Part shown: in pieces, positions 1-10,008 of the stretch
Numbering within the stretch: position 1 is the first letter of the stretch
How the letters are laid out: each line of letters opens with the position of its first letter
Assembly: GCA_015494465.1 (NCBI GenBank)
Contig: WGBD01000002.1
Span: 197,267 to 261,266, forward strand
Direction of reading: 5' to 3'
Length of the DNA: 64,000 nt
DNA from: Candidatus Omnitrophota bacterium
GTDB taxonomy: Bacteria; Omnitrophota; Gorgyraeia; S143-82
Program-made: the position numbers and the translations under genes
Notes under the pieces: generated by a model
The model's database searches: none
The model's input: only the letters and a program-made list of their open reading frames with translations
Told to the model about the DNA's origin: nothing

Positions 1-460
1 AACGCGTCATAAGCTCCTTGTGGAGGCGGAGATTCTCACGAATCACCCTGATCTCTTCCTTCGACTTGCGCATCCGCATGCTTCTTATCTGGCGCTCCTG
101 TTCCCTAGCGAAGCTGACCTCTACCTTCGCCATACGCGCGAGGTCGTCTAGGAGAAAGACCCCGACCCCCCTGTCTACCAACAACTCTTCCACCCGTCTG
201 GGTAACAGACTAGCCACTGTGGAAGGCAGATCCAGCTCTATCTCCACCGGCCGCAGAAAGGGGATCCTCCCGTTGACCTGGAGCAGTTCCTCTTTATACC
301 GAGAATCGCTAATTATGTAGGCCTTATCCGAAAGGAGGAGTAGGTAAGCGTCTCCTCGGAAGTCCGATCCCGAAAGGTAAAACACGCTTGCAGGATAACC
401 GACAAGAAGGGCCTTCCGAGAAGGGAGACGAACGGATCTCAATCTTTCCTCAAAAGGCAT
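1..460 (-). CDS. Xaa-Pro aminopeptidase (M24 family), N-terminal part; runs off the left edge of the window
   Basis: Manual translation from ATG at 460: MPFEERLRSV...SVFYLSG...ISDSRY...MRMRKSKEEI, matching the creatinase_N domain and the R..K...EI junction of M24B peptidases. Not in the ORF track. Confidence 0.75.
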   Translation of the reverse strand, partial: MPFEERLRSVRLPSRKALLVGYPASVFYLSGSDFRGDAYLLLLSDKAYIISDSRYKEELLQVNGRIPFLRPVEIELDLPSTVASLLPRRVEELLVDRGVGVFLLDDLARMAKVEVSFAREQERQIRSMRMRKSKEEIRVIRENLRLHKELMTR

Positions 461-1411
461 CTATCTTTCTCCAGGCTTGTCAATGCGCCTGAGAATCTCC
501 TTTGCCTCACGAGCCGACTTGGTCCCGGGGTAATGATCTAACACATCTTCTAAGTATATCTTCGCAGACCTACTATTCCCCTGCTTAAGGTAGAATCGGG
601 CCACCTCTAACAGGTGCTGGGCCTTCTTTTCCTCCAACCCCGCTATAAGCTCCTCTGCTCTTGGGCGGAAGGTGCTATCAGGGTACTTTTTTATAAATCT
701 GCGCAGGGCCTCAATCGCCTTTGTGGTGTATTCCTGATCGTACTGGGGGTCCAAGCTCATCTCGTAGTAGCACATGGCCAATTGATATTCTGCCTTATCC
801 GCAAAATCACTATCCGGATAACTGCGCAATAGTTTCTCAAACGCAGACTTGGCCTCGGCGAACCTCTTTTTTTTCTTGAGATAAAGCCCCTTGTAATACA
901 AGGCCGGAGGCGCATACTTGCCGTTGGGAGAGACCGATATTATGAGGTCGAAGATCTCCGGTGCGGGGTTCTCGATGGGCTTGGTGATGTCCCAGAACTT
1001 GCGCCGATAACCCTGCAAAAACTTCAGTCCCAAATTGTATTCGCGCTCTAGGGCCTTAACGAAATACGGACTAAACGGATACTTGGTGAGAAGCTCTTTA
1101 TAGGCCTTATGGGCAGCGTAATACCTGTGCAGGTCCTCGTATATCCTGCCTATGTTGTACAAGGCCTCGGCCGCCTGGGGGCTGTCAGGGAAACGCTTTA
1201 ACAGGCTCCTCCACTGCTGGAGGGCCTGCTCCGCGTCCTTTTGCTCTTTGGCAAACTTTGCCTGGGCAGATGGGGTGTCCTTTCCTACATCCTTGGCATT
1301 CTCAAATCGCCCCGTCTTGGGGGTCCAGACCCAGAACCCGAACCCATCTCCTCCGGCGAATAATAGGACAACCACTAAGATAGCCGTCAACCAGGATCTA
1401 GTCTTAACCAT
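461..1411 (-). CDS. bamD: BamD/YfiO-like TPR outer-membrane assembly protein
   Basis: Signal peptide, TPR repeats, DPQYDQEYT..AI..L..FI..YPDS and 'ARFYLK..N..SA..Y' BamD motifs. Confidence 0.75.
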   Translation of the reverse strand: MVKTRSWLTAILVVVLLFAGGDGFGFWVWTPKTGRFENAKDVGKDTPSAQAKFAKEQKDAEQALQQWRSLLKRFPDSPQAAEALYNIGRIYEDLHRYYAAHKAYKELLTKYPFSPYFVKALEREYNLGLKFLQGYRRKFWDITKPIENPAPEIFDLIISVSPNGKYAPPALYYKGLYLKKKKRFAEAKSAFEKLLRSYPDSDFADKAEYQLAMCYYEMSLDPQYDQEYTTKAIEALRRFIKKYPDSTFRPRAEELIAGLEEKKAQHLLEVARFYLKQGNSRSAKIYLEDVLDHYPGTKSAREAKEILRRIDKPGER

Positions 1412-2012
1412 CCCTCTCCTCCATTAAAACCTTGGCAAGGGCCTTGGCCAGCCCTGCCCTACCCCTGAAGACCTCACTCAATCTACCCGATCTGCGGACT
1501 ATGCGCGCCTGGTAACCCTCGGAAAGGGCGTTTGCCACCGCCAGTTGCACCTTAGAATCGCCCTCCCTCAAGAGGTCAAACGCGGATCGGACTGCCTCTT
1601 CAAGGCTATCCTCCAACTTAAACAAGACCATCCTCCTGCCCTTGGGCAAGAGCCTCGGCCAGAGTTTAGGGAGGGGTACCAGCTTTAACAAGACCTCTCT
1701 TCCCGAATCTAACTTCTTCGATCCTATCACCTCTGGTTGGAAGTCCGAGACCGCACTGGCCTGGACTATCCAGTCGTAACCACCTTCGCAGGCCTCTATA
1801 AGCCTGGAGAGATCCCAATAGGTGTAAAAGCTGGCATCTACCTTATCGTACCTCCAGGCTACAGCCTCTGCCACCCATACATCAACTTCTGCATCTAATT
1901 CCCGAAGGGCCTTTACCAGCTCTACCCCCAGCCGTCCCGAAGAGACATTCGTCAGGACCCTTACGGAGTCTACGGGTACCACGGTAGGACCCGCGATCAC
2001 TAGAACCCTCAT
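1404..2012 (-). CDS. coaB: Phosphopantothenate-cysteine ligase (stand-alone CoaB/DFP domain)
   Basis: VLVIAGPT..PVDSVRVLTNVSSGRLG, ASAVSDF, FKLE and VAN motifs. Confidence 0.85.
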   Translation of the reverse strand: MRVLVIAGPTVVPVDSVRVLTNVSSGRLGVELVKALRELDAEVDVWVAEAVAWRYDKVDASFYTYWDLSRLIEACEGGYDWIVQASAVSDFQPEVIGSKKLDSGREVLLKLVPLPKLWPRLLPKGRRMVLFKLEDSLEEAVRSAFDLLREGDSKVQLAVANALSEGYQARIVRRSGRLSEVFRGRAGLAKALAKVLMEERDG

Positions 2013-2491
2013 AACTTGTACCTGAGATCACGCAAGAGTTTTTTTCTGGCGATCACATCCTCCTGGCCCTCTATCCCGTCGGGCATAAAACCATCCACTA
2101 CCCCGATAACGCCCCGTCCCTGCTTGGTATGGGCAACGATCACCTCCAAGGGATTAGCGGTGGCGCAGAAGATCCTACAGACTTCTGGTACCATCTTTAT
2201 GGCGTTAAGCACATTGATCGGATAGCCTTGTTCGAGAACTATAACGAATACATGCCCTGCCCCTATGTTTATGGCGTTATTCGCAGCGACCTTCTTGAGG
2301 TTGTCGTCGTTACCTTCCACTCTAACCAATCTCTTACCTGAGGCCTCGTTAAAGGCAAGACCAAAGCGTATGTTAGGATTGGTGGTGACGATAGCCTCGT
2401 AGATGTCCTCAACCGTCTTTATGAAGTGCGCCTGTCCGATTACAACATTGGCCCCTTCTGGGACGCTGATGTGGACGATGCTAAGCTCCAT
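2009..2491 (-). CDS. Adenosine-specific kinase family protein (DUF355)
   Basis: NVVIGQAHFIKTVEDIYE, FGLAFNEASG, YPINVLN, IFCATANP, RGVIGVVDG motifs. Confidence 0.85.
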   Translation of the reverse strand: MELSIVHISVPEGANVVIGQAHFIKTVEDIYEAIVTTNPNIRFGLAFNEASGKRLVRVEGNDDNLKKVAANNAINIGAGHVFVIVLEQGYPINVLNAIKMVPEVCRIFCATANPLEVIVAHTKQGRGVIGVVDGFMPDGIEGQEDVIARKKLLRDLRYKL

Positions 2492-2529
2492 AACTCCCTC
2501 CCTGGCTTATAGTTTCACCTCTAAATTAC

Positions 2530-3753
2530 TTAGATTATAACACAACCAATCCACCTGTGCCCTAAGCTATTCCACTCCAGATTACCATATATTATCCTAC
2601 CAAACGGATCGATAATACAGGAAAAACCGTCGTTGTTAACCCTGATTACCCATAAACGAAACTTGATAGCCATAACCCGGCTCATAGATAGGTGATAGAG
2701 TTGAGCGAGACCTCTTCCAAACCAATCATCATTGGAGACAACGATAATCCCGTTTACCTTGCCGACCTCTTTTATCCTTCGGGAGACGAGGTAATAAAAA
2801 CTATCTTCGTAACATATCAAGGGCAGGAATCTTTTGCCGTGTATCTCAAAGACCACATCCTCCTTACCCCCGCAATATTCTCCACCACCTTCCGGAACCA
2901 ATGTATCCACAAGACCGCGCACTGCCGGGATCCGGGCAAAAGGAATATACTCCCCAAACGGCACCAACTTTCTCTTCTTATAGGCCTCTATCCCCTCCCC
3001 AGAGATATAGACCTGCGCATTGTAATAACAACCTCCGTCGTGAAGATTTGCACCCAATACGATCCAGTCAAAACGCTTCTTCAGATTGTAGATACGATTC
3101 AATAGATCATCGTCAGGCCAGGTGTATATCGCCATGGTCTCGGGAAATATAACCCCCCTTGGGATAGCCTGTTGGGAGTGTCTATAGGAAGTTAGAACGC
3201 GATCGTACTCTGCCCATATATCGGGCGCCTTATCCATCCTCACCTTGTCCAAGTGCGGGATACCCGTCTGGAACAGACAGACCTCTCCGATACCCAACCT
3301 CCGGGGATACCTAGGTCCATCCCAAACACACAGGATCCCCCCTAATAAGCCCCACAGCCCCACTACCAGTAAGAGCTGGACGAACTTCCTCCCCTCCCAC
3401 CGCAAGAGCAACCTCCCTCCAGAAACCAACACCCACAACACCGATACCGACACCACATAGACCGGAACGATCCGCAATACCTGATTCCAAGGGAAAAACC
3501 ATACCACCCAGGAATATAGATCCCCCCAAGGGAGTCCCCCTAACATCCGGTCCTTGAGGAACTCAAACACCATCCACAATACCGCCCAGCGAACAAAGCC
3601 CCACCGGGAAAGGGGACGAGTGAGGTAGAAAGAGAGCCAAAAGAGCAATACCGCGGTTATTGCGACCAACCAAAGCGCAAGGCAAGAGACATTTATCAGG
3701 AAAGAAAAAACGAAAAAGGCAATTCCAAGGAGAAACCAGATATTTGTGATCAC
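2530..3753 (-). CDS. lnt: Apolipoprotein N-acyltransferase
   Basis: Multi-TM N-terminus with GGLPW; nitrilase triad motifs FPE, YKKRKLVPFGEYIP, ICYED; SNDDWF. Confidence 0.9.
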   Translation of the reverse strand: MITNIWFLLGIAFFVFSFLINVSCLALWLVAITAVLLFWLSFYLTRPLSRWGFVRWAVLWMVFEFLKDRMLGGLPWGDLYSWVVWFFPWNQVLRIVPVYVVSVSVLWVLVSGGRLLLRWEGRKFVQLLLVVGLWGLLGGILCVWDGPRYPRRLGIGEVCLFQTGIPHLDKVRMDKAPDIWAEYDRVLTSYRHSQQAIPRGVIFPETMAIYTWPDDDLLNRIYNLKKRFDWIVLGANLHDGGCYYNAQVYISGEGIEAYKKRKLVPFGEYIPFARIPAVRGLVDTLVPEGGGEYCGGKEDVVFEIHGKRFLPLICYEDSFYYLVSRRIKEVGKVNGIIVVSNDDWFGRGLAQLYHLSMSRVMAIKFRLWVIRVNNDGFSCIIDPFGRIIYGNLEWNSLGHRWIGCVII

Positions 3754-4334
3754 CTGGCCGATACTTTGTGAGCTATAACTGGGAAAACGACGCTGAGTTC
3801 GGGATTGGTGGAGGGCTCAGCAGGTCTGCCCGGATCGTACCTACAAGTAAGGGAGACATTCACTACAAAAAAGTCCCCCGCTTGCAGGCCCCCCCGTCCC
3901 ACTGGCCTTGCGGAGATGTCCACTACCCTTCTCGAAATCACAGGTCCCCCATCGACCGACAAGGTATGGGTCGGATCGTCGAAGACATAGAAGACGGTAG
4001 TATCGTCTGAAGAATCCGCTGGGGTATCGTTCACATCCTTGCGATAACCTAGAATCCCATCCGAGGGCCAACCCACAGGGAAGCTAGAGATTCCCTCGCC
4101 CGTCCACAAACCCTCGTGCCCAGGGACCTTTGATCCAATGGCCCCATATCCAGCCTCCCTTTGGAACTGCTCCACAATCATGACGATCTCTTTTCGCACC
4201 TCTTGAAGCCTTTGCTCCCTTCCGACCCTGGTGGTGACCATGTACCAGATAGCGGCAACCGCGGACAAGACCAATCCCGAAACCCCCAAGGTCAACACCA
4301 ACTCCATTAAACTAAACGCCCTCTTTTGTCTCAT
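3750..4334 (-). CDS. Minor type IV pilin/pseudopilin (PilW-like)
   Basis: Class III signal KRA|FSLMELVLTLGV. Confidence 0.8.
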   Translation of the reverse strand: MRQKRAFSLMELVLTLGVSGLVLSAVAAIWYMVTTRVGREQRLQEVRKEIVMIVEQFQREAGYGAIGSKVPGHEGLWTGEGISSFPVGWPSDGILGYRKDVNDTPADSSDDTTVFYVFDDPTHTLSVDGGPVISRRVVDISARPVGRGGLQAGDFFVVNVSLTCRYDPGRPAEPSTNPELSVVFPVIAHKVSAR

Positions 4335-4675
4335 AACCGTTCTAGATAGAGGAATACCGGATCGTTAGGATCTACGCCGTTCCCATCCAGATCTGCCCTG
4401 CTCCTGAGGACCTTATACCTAGGATCGTTTATCCCAATACCGATCTGCTGGTAGGTCCCCAAGGCTGGGGCACGACCGGTTAAAGAGAGTTTACCCATCT
4501 CTGATATGGCGATGTTTAGCATGTTCAGATAATAGACCATGTCCTCTATACCGTAGCGCTTCTGCTGAAGGCGTACGGAGTATATCAGACTAGTAAGTCC
4601 GATCCAGACCACCGCTATCACTGCCATCGCAGTCAAGACCTCGAAGAGAGAGAACCCCCGCTTTAAGCTTTCCAT
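4331..4675 (-). CDS. Minor type IV pilin (PilV-like)
   Basis: KRG|FSLFEVLTAMAVI; start moved to ATG 4675. Confidence 0.8.
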   Translation of the reverse strand: MESLKRGFSLFEVLTAMAVIAVVWIGLTSLIYSVRLQQKRYGIEDMVYYLNMLNIAISEMGKLSLTGRAPALGTYQQIGIGINDPRYKVLRSRADLDGNGVDPNDPVFLYLERL

Positions 4676-4676
4676 A

Positions 4677-5105
4677 TCAATTGCCCCAGGAATAACAGCA
4701 ACAGCCTCCGCTATCGTCACAAGTTACATTCGGGCTATCCGGACCGATCGACATAACCCTCTTCCTGGAGGTCAAGGTCCTCTCCGCATAGGCAGTGAAG
4801 GTGGGAGGACTGCTGGTCGTATCCACATTTACCCAAAACCGCCAATCCTTGGATTCGATGTCTAGATCGAGGTACTCGTTTACCTCATTAGTGTTAGAAG
4901 CTGTGATGTAATTACCGTTTTCACTGTCCAAGTAGTACAACCTCTCTGCGGTGCGGATAAGGCGCAAGGCAGCCACCGCTTCCCGATTCTTCGCCTCTTC
5001 TATCGACTTTATGAACATCGGGCCGCCGATGGCTGCCAATATGCCGATGATCACTAGGACAGTGACCAATTCCATCAGACTAAAGGCGTCCTCCGCCCTT
5101 CTCAT
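4677..5105 (-). CDS. Type IV pilin (PilE-like)
   Basis: A|FSLMELVTVLVIIGILAAI; Cys-rich C-terminus. Confidence 0.85.
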   Translation of the reverse strand: MRRAEDAFSLMELVTVLVIIGILAAIGGPMFIKSIEEAKNREAVAALRLIRTAERLYYLDSENGNYITASNTNEVNEYLDLDIESKDWRFWVNVDTTSSPPTFTAYAERTLTSRKRVMSIGPDSPNVTCDDSGGCCCYSWGN

Positions 5106-5120
5106 AGCTAGGCACTTACC

Positions 5121-5561
5121 TTAGGAACACTGTGGTATCAAGGCGCCCAATTGAGAAGGCCAGGTGCCGTCGTGACACAGATCACCTTTAGGTCCTATCT
5201 TGATCTGGTAGTTGGTGCCGTAGACATTCTGTACATTATTCCTGGTGACCGCTCCGAGGTATCCGCTGGAGCTGACAGCAGTACCTGGGGTAATACCATT
5301 CACAGAGGCAGTCAATTCCATGTTGAAGTACTTTCCATTGGATACATCTATGTCCAGCTCGTTTATATTCGGGGTAAATATGGCGTGCTCTGCATAATAT
5401 CTCATCTGGGCCATACGGATCATCCCCAACATCCTCTTGGCCTCCGCTATCCTACTGCGCTCTACCGTCTTGAAGTACATCGGACCAGCGATGGAGATCA
5501 GGATCCCGATGATCACCAGGACCATGATCAATTCTAGCAATGTGAAACCCCTCCTGTCCAT
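5121..5561 (-). CDS. Type IV pilin, probable major pilin
   Basis: RRG|FTLLELIMVLVIIGIL; C-terminal Cys pair; strong SD (AAGGAGGT) and its own promoter. Confidence 0.85.
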   Translation of the reverse strand: MDRRGFTLLELIMVLVIIGILISIAGPMYFKTVERSRIAEAKRMLGMIRMAQMRYYAEHAIFTPNINELDIDVSNGKYFNMELTASVNGITPGTAVSSSGYLGAVTRNNVQNVYGTNYQIKIGPKGDLCHDGTWPSQLGALIPQCS

Positions 5562-5613
5562 CCGACACCTCCTTTTTGTTACTGACCTATCTACCTAAGA
5601 CCGATCCCATTGA

Positions 5614-5622
5614 AGTATAACA
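5614..5622 (-). promoter_or_regulatory. Extended -10 promoter (TGnTATACT) for the pilin genes
   Basis: Minus strand reads TGTTATACT in the 87-bp gap between pilC and the first pilin. Confidence 0.5.
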
Positions 5623-5648
5623 CAAAGCGTAAACCCCTGCCAGCGTAT

Positions 5649-6875
5649 TTACTGCCCCATTCCCAGACTCGCCATACGGAAGATGGGTATGAATATAGAG
5701 GCCACCAATACCCCCACTATCCCGGCCAACAGCACCAGGACAATGGGCTCAAGGAGACTGGTAAACTGCACTAAGCGGTTGTCCATCTCCTCTTCGTAAT
5801 ACTTGGCTACGCGATCTAACATCTCAGCTACCTCCCCCACCTCCTCCCCTACGGAGATCATCTGGGTAACGATGGGATCGAAAAAACCCGTTTCCTCTAA
5901 GGCTACGGCCAAGGGGGCCCCCTCCCTGATCATAGACCTAGCTCGCAGGAGGTAGTCCGAAACCACATAATTGTTCGTGCTTTCGGCAACTATCTCTAAT
6001 GCGGTGAGGATAGGAACTCCGCTCTCAGTTAATATGGCCAGGTTGGCAGAGACATTCTCCATGATAGCAAGGCGTACGAAGTCGCTGATAAACGGCACCT
6101 CTAATACGAATCTATCCCACAAGGCCTTTCCCACGGAAGAGGAGAGAAACAGTCTAAACAAAACTACCAACACTATCAGCCCTAATATAAGCACGAACCC
6201 ATTGTTTCTTAACATCTCGCTGAAGCCTATCACCATCTTCGTTATCTCTGGCAGATCCTGTCCAAATCCCTGAAATATTTCTTTGAACCTCGGCACTACA
6301 AACATCGACAGAAATAGGATCACCCCGATAGAAGCGACTAGGAGGAACGCAGGATATACCAAGGCACTGGTGACCTTCTTTACAAAAGAGGCCTGTTTCT
6401 CGATGTGGTCGGCAAGGCGCCTTAGTATTCTAGCCAGCTCACCCGTAGCCTCTCCAGTCCTTATCACGCTCAACCACAACTTGTCGAAGACATCCGGGTG
6501 CTTAGACATCGCCTTCTCTAAGGACCATCCTGCAGAGACTGATTCCTGTACGCTCTGGAGAACTGCCTCCATCTTCCGGCTATTGGTAGAGGACTTGAGC
6601 ACACCCAAAACCCTCAACAAGGGGACCCCTGCTCCGATCATCACCGCCATCTGCCGAGCGAGAAAGAGGTAATCCTCCAACTTGATACCGCTGTGTTTTC
6701 TCCTTGCACTCCGCCTTTTTCCGCGTAGAGAAGGTGCAACATAGGGGCGAATCGAGAGAGGAATCCATCCCTTTTCGTTTATGTAAGAAAGGACCTCGTC
6801 TTCCGAGTCTGCCTTAAAGGTGCCGGTTACCCTCTTACCCGCTTCTGTCGTAGCTACATAGGTATATATCCCCAT
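5649..6875 (-). CDS. pilC: Type IV pilus/T2SS inner-membrane platform protein (PilC/GspF)
   Basis: RQMAVMIGAGVPL, GEATGEL, SALVYP, VGEEVGEV, LLEP. Confidence 0.93.
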   Translation of the reverse strand: MGIYTYVATTEAGKRVTGTFKADSEDEVLSYINEKGWIPLSIRPYVAPSLRGKRRSARRKHSGIKLEDYLFLARQMAVMIGAGVPLLRVLGVLKSSTNSRKMEAVLQSVQESVSAGWSLEKAMSKHPDVFDKLWLSVIRTGEATGELARILRRLADHIEKQASFVKKVTSALVYPAFLLVASIGVILFLSMFVVPRFKEIFQGFGQDLPEITKMVIGFSEMLRNNGFVLILGLIVLVVLFRLFLSSSVGKALWDRFVLEVPFISDFVRLAIMENVSANLAILTESGVPILTALEIVAESTNNYVVSDYLLRARSMIREGAPLAVALEETGFFDPIVTQMISVGEEVGEVAEMLDRVAKYYEEEMDNRLVQFTSLLEPIVLVLLAGIVGVLVASIFIPIFRMASLGMGQ

Positions 6876-6885
6876 TGTCGTGTAA

Positions 6886-8577
6886 CTATAGAGTGGCCGC
6901 TACCGCCTCTTCAATAGAGGTAGTACCGTCTTTTACCTTGTTAAGTGCCGCCTTCCAGAGCGTCGTCATACCCCGCCCCACCGCTACGGACTTGATCTCC
7001 TGAGAGTCCGCCCTCTTACTTATCAACCTCCTGATCTCGTCGTCAACCACTAATATCTCGTGGATGGCCACTCGACCCTTGTATCCACTGTAATTACAAT
7101 CTTCACAGCCTTTTGGCCGATAGGCCAGATCTATCCCCTCTTCTATCAACAGCTCGTCCATCTGTCCCTTACCCGTCTGGGGTTCGTACGGTTCCTTACA
7201 CTTGGGACACAAGACCTTTACCAACCGCTGAGCAACCACGATCAAGAGGGAGGGCATCAAAAGAAACGGCTCTACACCCATGTCTATAAGACGGGTAACC
7301 GCAGACGGGGCGTCGTTGGTGTGCAGGGTGCTGAGAACCAGGTGCCCAGTTAACGCTGCCCTTATACAGATCTCCGCAGTCTCCAGGTCCCTAACCTCTC
7401 CCACCATGATTATGTCTGGGTCCTGGCGCAAGAAGGCCCTCAGGACATTAGCAAATGTCAACCCTATGGAAGGTTTGATACTTACCTGGTTTATGCCGTC
7501 CAATTGATATTCCACCGGATCCTCTACGGTCATTATGTTCTTGTGTACGCTGTTGATCTCGCTAAGCGCGGCGTACAGAGTGGTCGTCTTACCACTCCCA
7601 GTGGGCCCGGTCAGGAATACGAGGCCGTAGGGACTATGGATGGCCTTCCTGAAGGTCTCTAGATCCGTAGGGTTGAATCCCAGCTTAGAAAGGTCTAACG
7701 GTACTCTAGTCTTGTCCAAGATCCTCAACACCACCTTTTCTCCCCAGATGGTGGGCACCGTCGAGACTCTAAGATCGATGATCCTATCGTCAACTTTTAC
7801 ACTCATAGCCCCGTCCTGAGGCAACCGTTTTTCGGCTATGTCCAGACGGGACATTATCTTGATGCGGGATACTATGGGCATGTGGAGCTTCTTGGGTGGA
7901 GCGGGAATCTCGTAGAGGAGTCCGTCTATCCTGTATCGCACGACCAATCTATCCCGCTGAGGTTCTATGTGTATGTCACTAGCGTTCTGTTTAACCGCCT
8001 GTTTTATCATGAGGTCTACTAAGTGGATTACCGGCGCATCCTCACCCGAGACCTCCAGAGAATCTATCGTACGCCCGCTCAACTCCGCGGGCTCAAATCC
8101 CTCAACCTGATCTTTTACGGTATCTATCGCGGACTGAAATATCTCCGCCCCCTTGTAGAACTTGTCTATTGCCTTCTTGATGTCCGTAGGGGTGGCCACT
8201 ACCCTTTGAATTTCACATCCCGTAATCTTTGATATGTGATCCAAGGCCCATATGTCCAAGGGATCCGCCATTGCACAGGTAAGCACGGATCCTTGCTTGA
8301 TGATAGGGAAAACCAGATACTGCGTTGCAACCTCGTAGGGGATCAATTTCTCCAAACCCTGATTAGGAGCCATCTTCAACATACCAGAATTCCAGGAAAA
8401 GTAGGGGATGGAGAGCTTTTTGGCCAGGGCCATAGCTACTGCTTCTTCTGTCACATAGCCCAACTCTATCAGGATCATCCCCAGAGGACGGGGATCTTGC
8501 TTTTGGATTTCTAGTGCCTCTTTCAGCTGTTCTTCGGTCAACAAACCCTCTTGTATAAGGAGATCACCTATTCGCAT
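6886..8577 (-). CDS. pilB: Type IV pilus assembly ATPase PilB/GspE with N-terminal MshEN-like motif
   Basis: RIGDLL..G/PLGMIL..LG N-terminus; GPTGSGKTT; RQDPDIIMVGE; HLVLSTLH; CxxC zinc motifs. Confidence 0.95.
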   Translation of the reverse strand: MRIGDLLIQEGLLTEEQLKEALEIQKQDPRPLGMILIELGYVTEEAVAMALAKKLSIPYFSWNSGMLKMAPNQGLEKLIPYEVATQYLVFPIIKQGSVLTCAMADPLDIWALDHISKITGCEIQRVVATPTDIKKAIDKFYKGAEIFQSAIDTVKDQVEGFEPAELSGRTIDSLEVSGEDAPVIHLVDLMIKQAVKQNASDIHIEPQRDRLVVRYRIDGLLYEIPAPPKKLHMPIVSRIKIMSRLDIAEKRLPQDGAMSVKVDDRIIDLRVSTVPTIWGEKVVLRILDKTRVPLDLSKLGFNPTDLETFRKAIHSPYGLVFLTGPTGSGKTTTLYAALSEINSVHKNIMTVEDPVEYQLDGINQVSIKPSIGLTFANVLRAFLRQDPDIIMVGEVRDLETAEICIRAALTGHLVLSTLHTNDAPSAVTRLIDMGVEPFLLMPSLLIVVAQRLVKVLCPKCKEPYEPQTGKGQMDELLIEEGIDLAYRPKGCEDCNYSGYKGRVAIHEILVVDDEIRRLISKRADSQEIKSVAVGRGMTTLWKAALNKVKDGTTSIEEAVAATL

Positions 8578-8589
8578 CTTGCATCCCGA

Positions 8590-10008
8590 TTACTTCCCTA
8601 ATGCCTCAAGTTCTCTTTCCATAGCAGAAAGCCTATCCACAGGTCCCCCTTCTTGCTTAGGGGTAACCTCTTCTTCCTCCCATATCTTTGGTGTGATAAA
8701 AATCAAGAGCTCTCTATCCAGAGACTCCTTGTAATCCTTTCCAAACAGATAGCGCAAGAACCTCTTAAACCCCGGCAAACCCGTATAAGACTTGTTCATC
8801 AAGTGCTTTATAAGACCGCCCAAAACTACCGTATCACCGTCTTTGACCCTTACCACTGTCTTGAGACCGCGCTCTTCCGGGTCACGATAATTTTCCCCTA
8901 ACTTGGATGGTTTCGTTTCCACCAATTTAGGGGTAACCACCATTGTGATCTCTTTCTTAGAGGGATTGACTAAGGGAGTTACCTCCAACAATACCCCAGT
9001 AGTGTACCTTTCTGGCTCCTCGGTAACCGGATTGCCATTATCATCAAAAGATATCTTCTGACCAATGACCTCATCGGTAGAGATACTTATCTTGGCGGGC
9101 TCTCCGTTCAAGGTAAATATCCGAGGTCTGGCAAGGTACCTAACCTCCCCGTCTACATTTCTAAGATGTAATCCTAGTGCAGGGAAGGTCACCTGAGCGA
9201 GCTCCCCAGCCTCTCTAGTGGTTTTCCAGAAGTCTAATGACCTGCCCAGAAATGGGAATTTGGTATACCTTCGAGACTCGGAGAGAGAGATAATAGGTGT
9301 AGGCCAATCAATACCGATTTGGTCCAATAGGTTTTTGCTGACATCTAACATATCAACGGAGATCAAGACCTGGGGCACAGGTTTATCCAAACTCTCTATC
9401 ACTCTGGCAATGTTATCCATGTTGGAGGCGACATCTTTCACCAATATGCTGTTCGTCCTAGGATCGCAAACTGCCGAACCCCGTTCGGACAAGACGGTCT
9501 CAAGCGCGTCAAAAAGGCCCTTTCCTGATAGGCCTCCTTCCCCCTCTGGCTCCTCAGTGTCGGAGTTCCCCAACTTTATATCTTGACTAGCTTTGTCTAT
9601 GATCTTTGCCCCCGGGACTACCGCGTGTTTCAAGGTAAAGACCCTGGTCACCAGCTGTTCTTCCTCTCGCTTTTTCACAACGAAAAGCTTATCGGAAACC
9701 TTCTCCAATTTCAGGTCATAGAGATCCAAAAAATTCCTTAGAAAATCCTCCACTGGGACCTCTTCCACCCTCAGAGTAACCCTGTAATCTCTTATATCTT
9801 TGTCCAACAAAAAATTAACCCCTGTTGTGGCAGAGACTGCCCTAAAGACAACACCGATAGGGACTTCATCTAGGTCTAGAGATATATTGCTTCCCTCGCC
9901 ACCCACCACAAAAGCGTTCAACGCAGAGAGATCGACATCCGTTTTCCCCAACGACACGCAGGATAATAGGAAAAACAGGCACACCCCTAACGCTCTAATA
10001 AATCTCAT
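8590..10008 (-). CDS. pilQ: Secretin (PilQ/GspD family)
   Basis: STN-like N-terminus, DPRTNSILV N3 domain, PQVLI, GVLLEVTP, VVLGGLI, ELLIFITP; start at SD-supported ATG 10008. Confidence 0.85.
   Translation of the reverse strand: MRFIRALGVCLFFLLSCVSLGKTDVDLSALNAFVVGGEGSNISLDLDEVPIGVVFRAVSATTGVNFLLDKDIRDYRVTLRVEEVPVEDFLRNFLDLYDLKLEKVSDKLFVVKKREEEQLVTRVFTLKHAVVPGAKIIDKASQDIKLGNSDTEEPEGEGGLSGKGLFDALETVLSERGSAVCDPRTNSILVKDVASNMDNIARVIESLDKPVPQVLISVDMLDVSKNLLDQIGIDWPTPIISLSESRRYTKFPFLGRSLDFWKTTREAGELAQVTFPALGLHLRNVDGEVRYLARPRIFTLNGEPAKISISTDEVIGQKISFDDNGNPVTEEPERYTTGVLLEVTPLVNPSKKEITMVVTPKLVETKPSKLGENYRDPEERGLKTVVRVKDGDTVVLGGLIKHLMNKSYTGLPGFKRFLRYLFGKDYKESLDRELLIFITPKIWEEEEVTPKQEGGPVDRLSAMERELEALGK

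Noticed and set aside
5625-5643. Sigma54 promoter before the pilins (TGGCAG...), and similarly before the PEP-CTERM gene
   Set aside because: GG-to-GC spacing is not the required 10 nt; sigma70-type elements fit better
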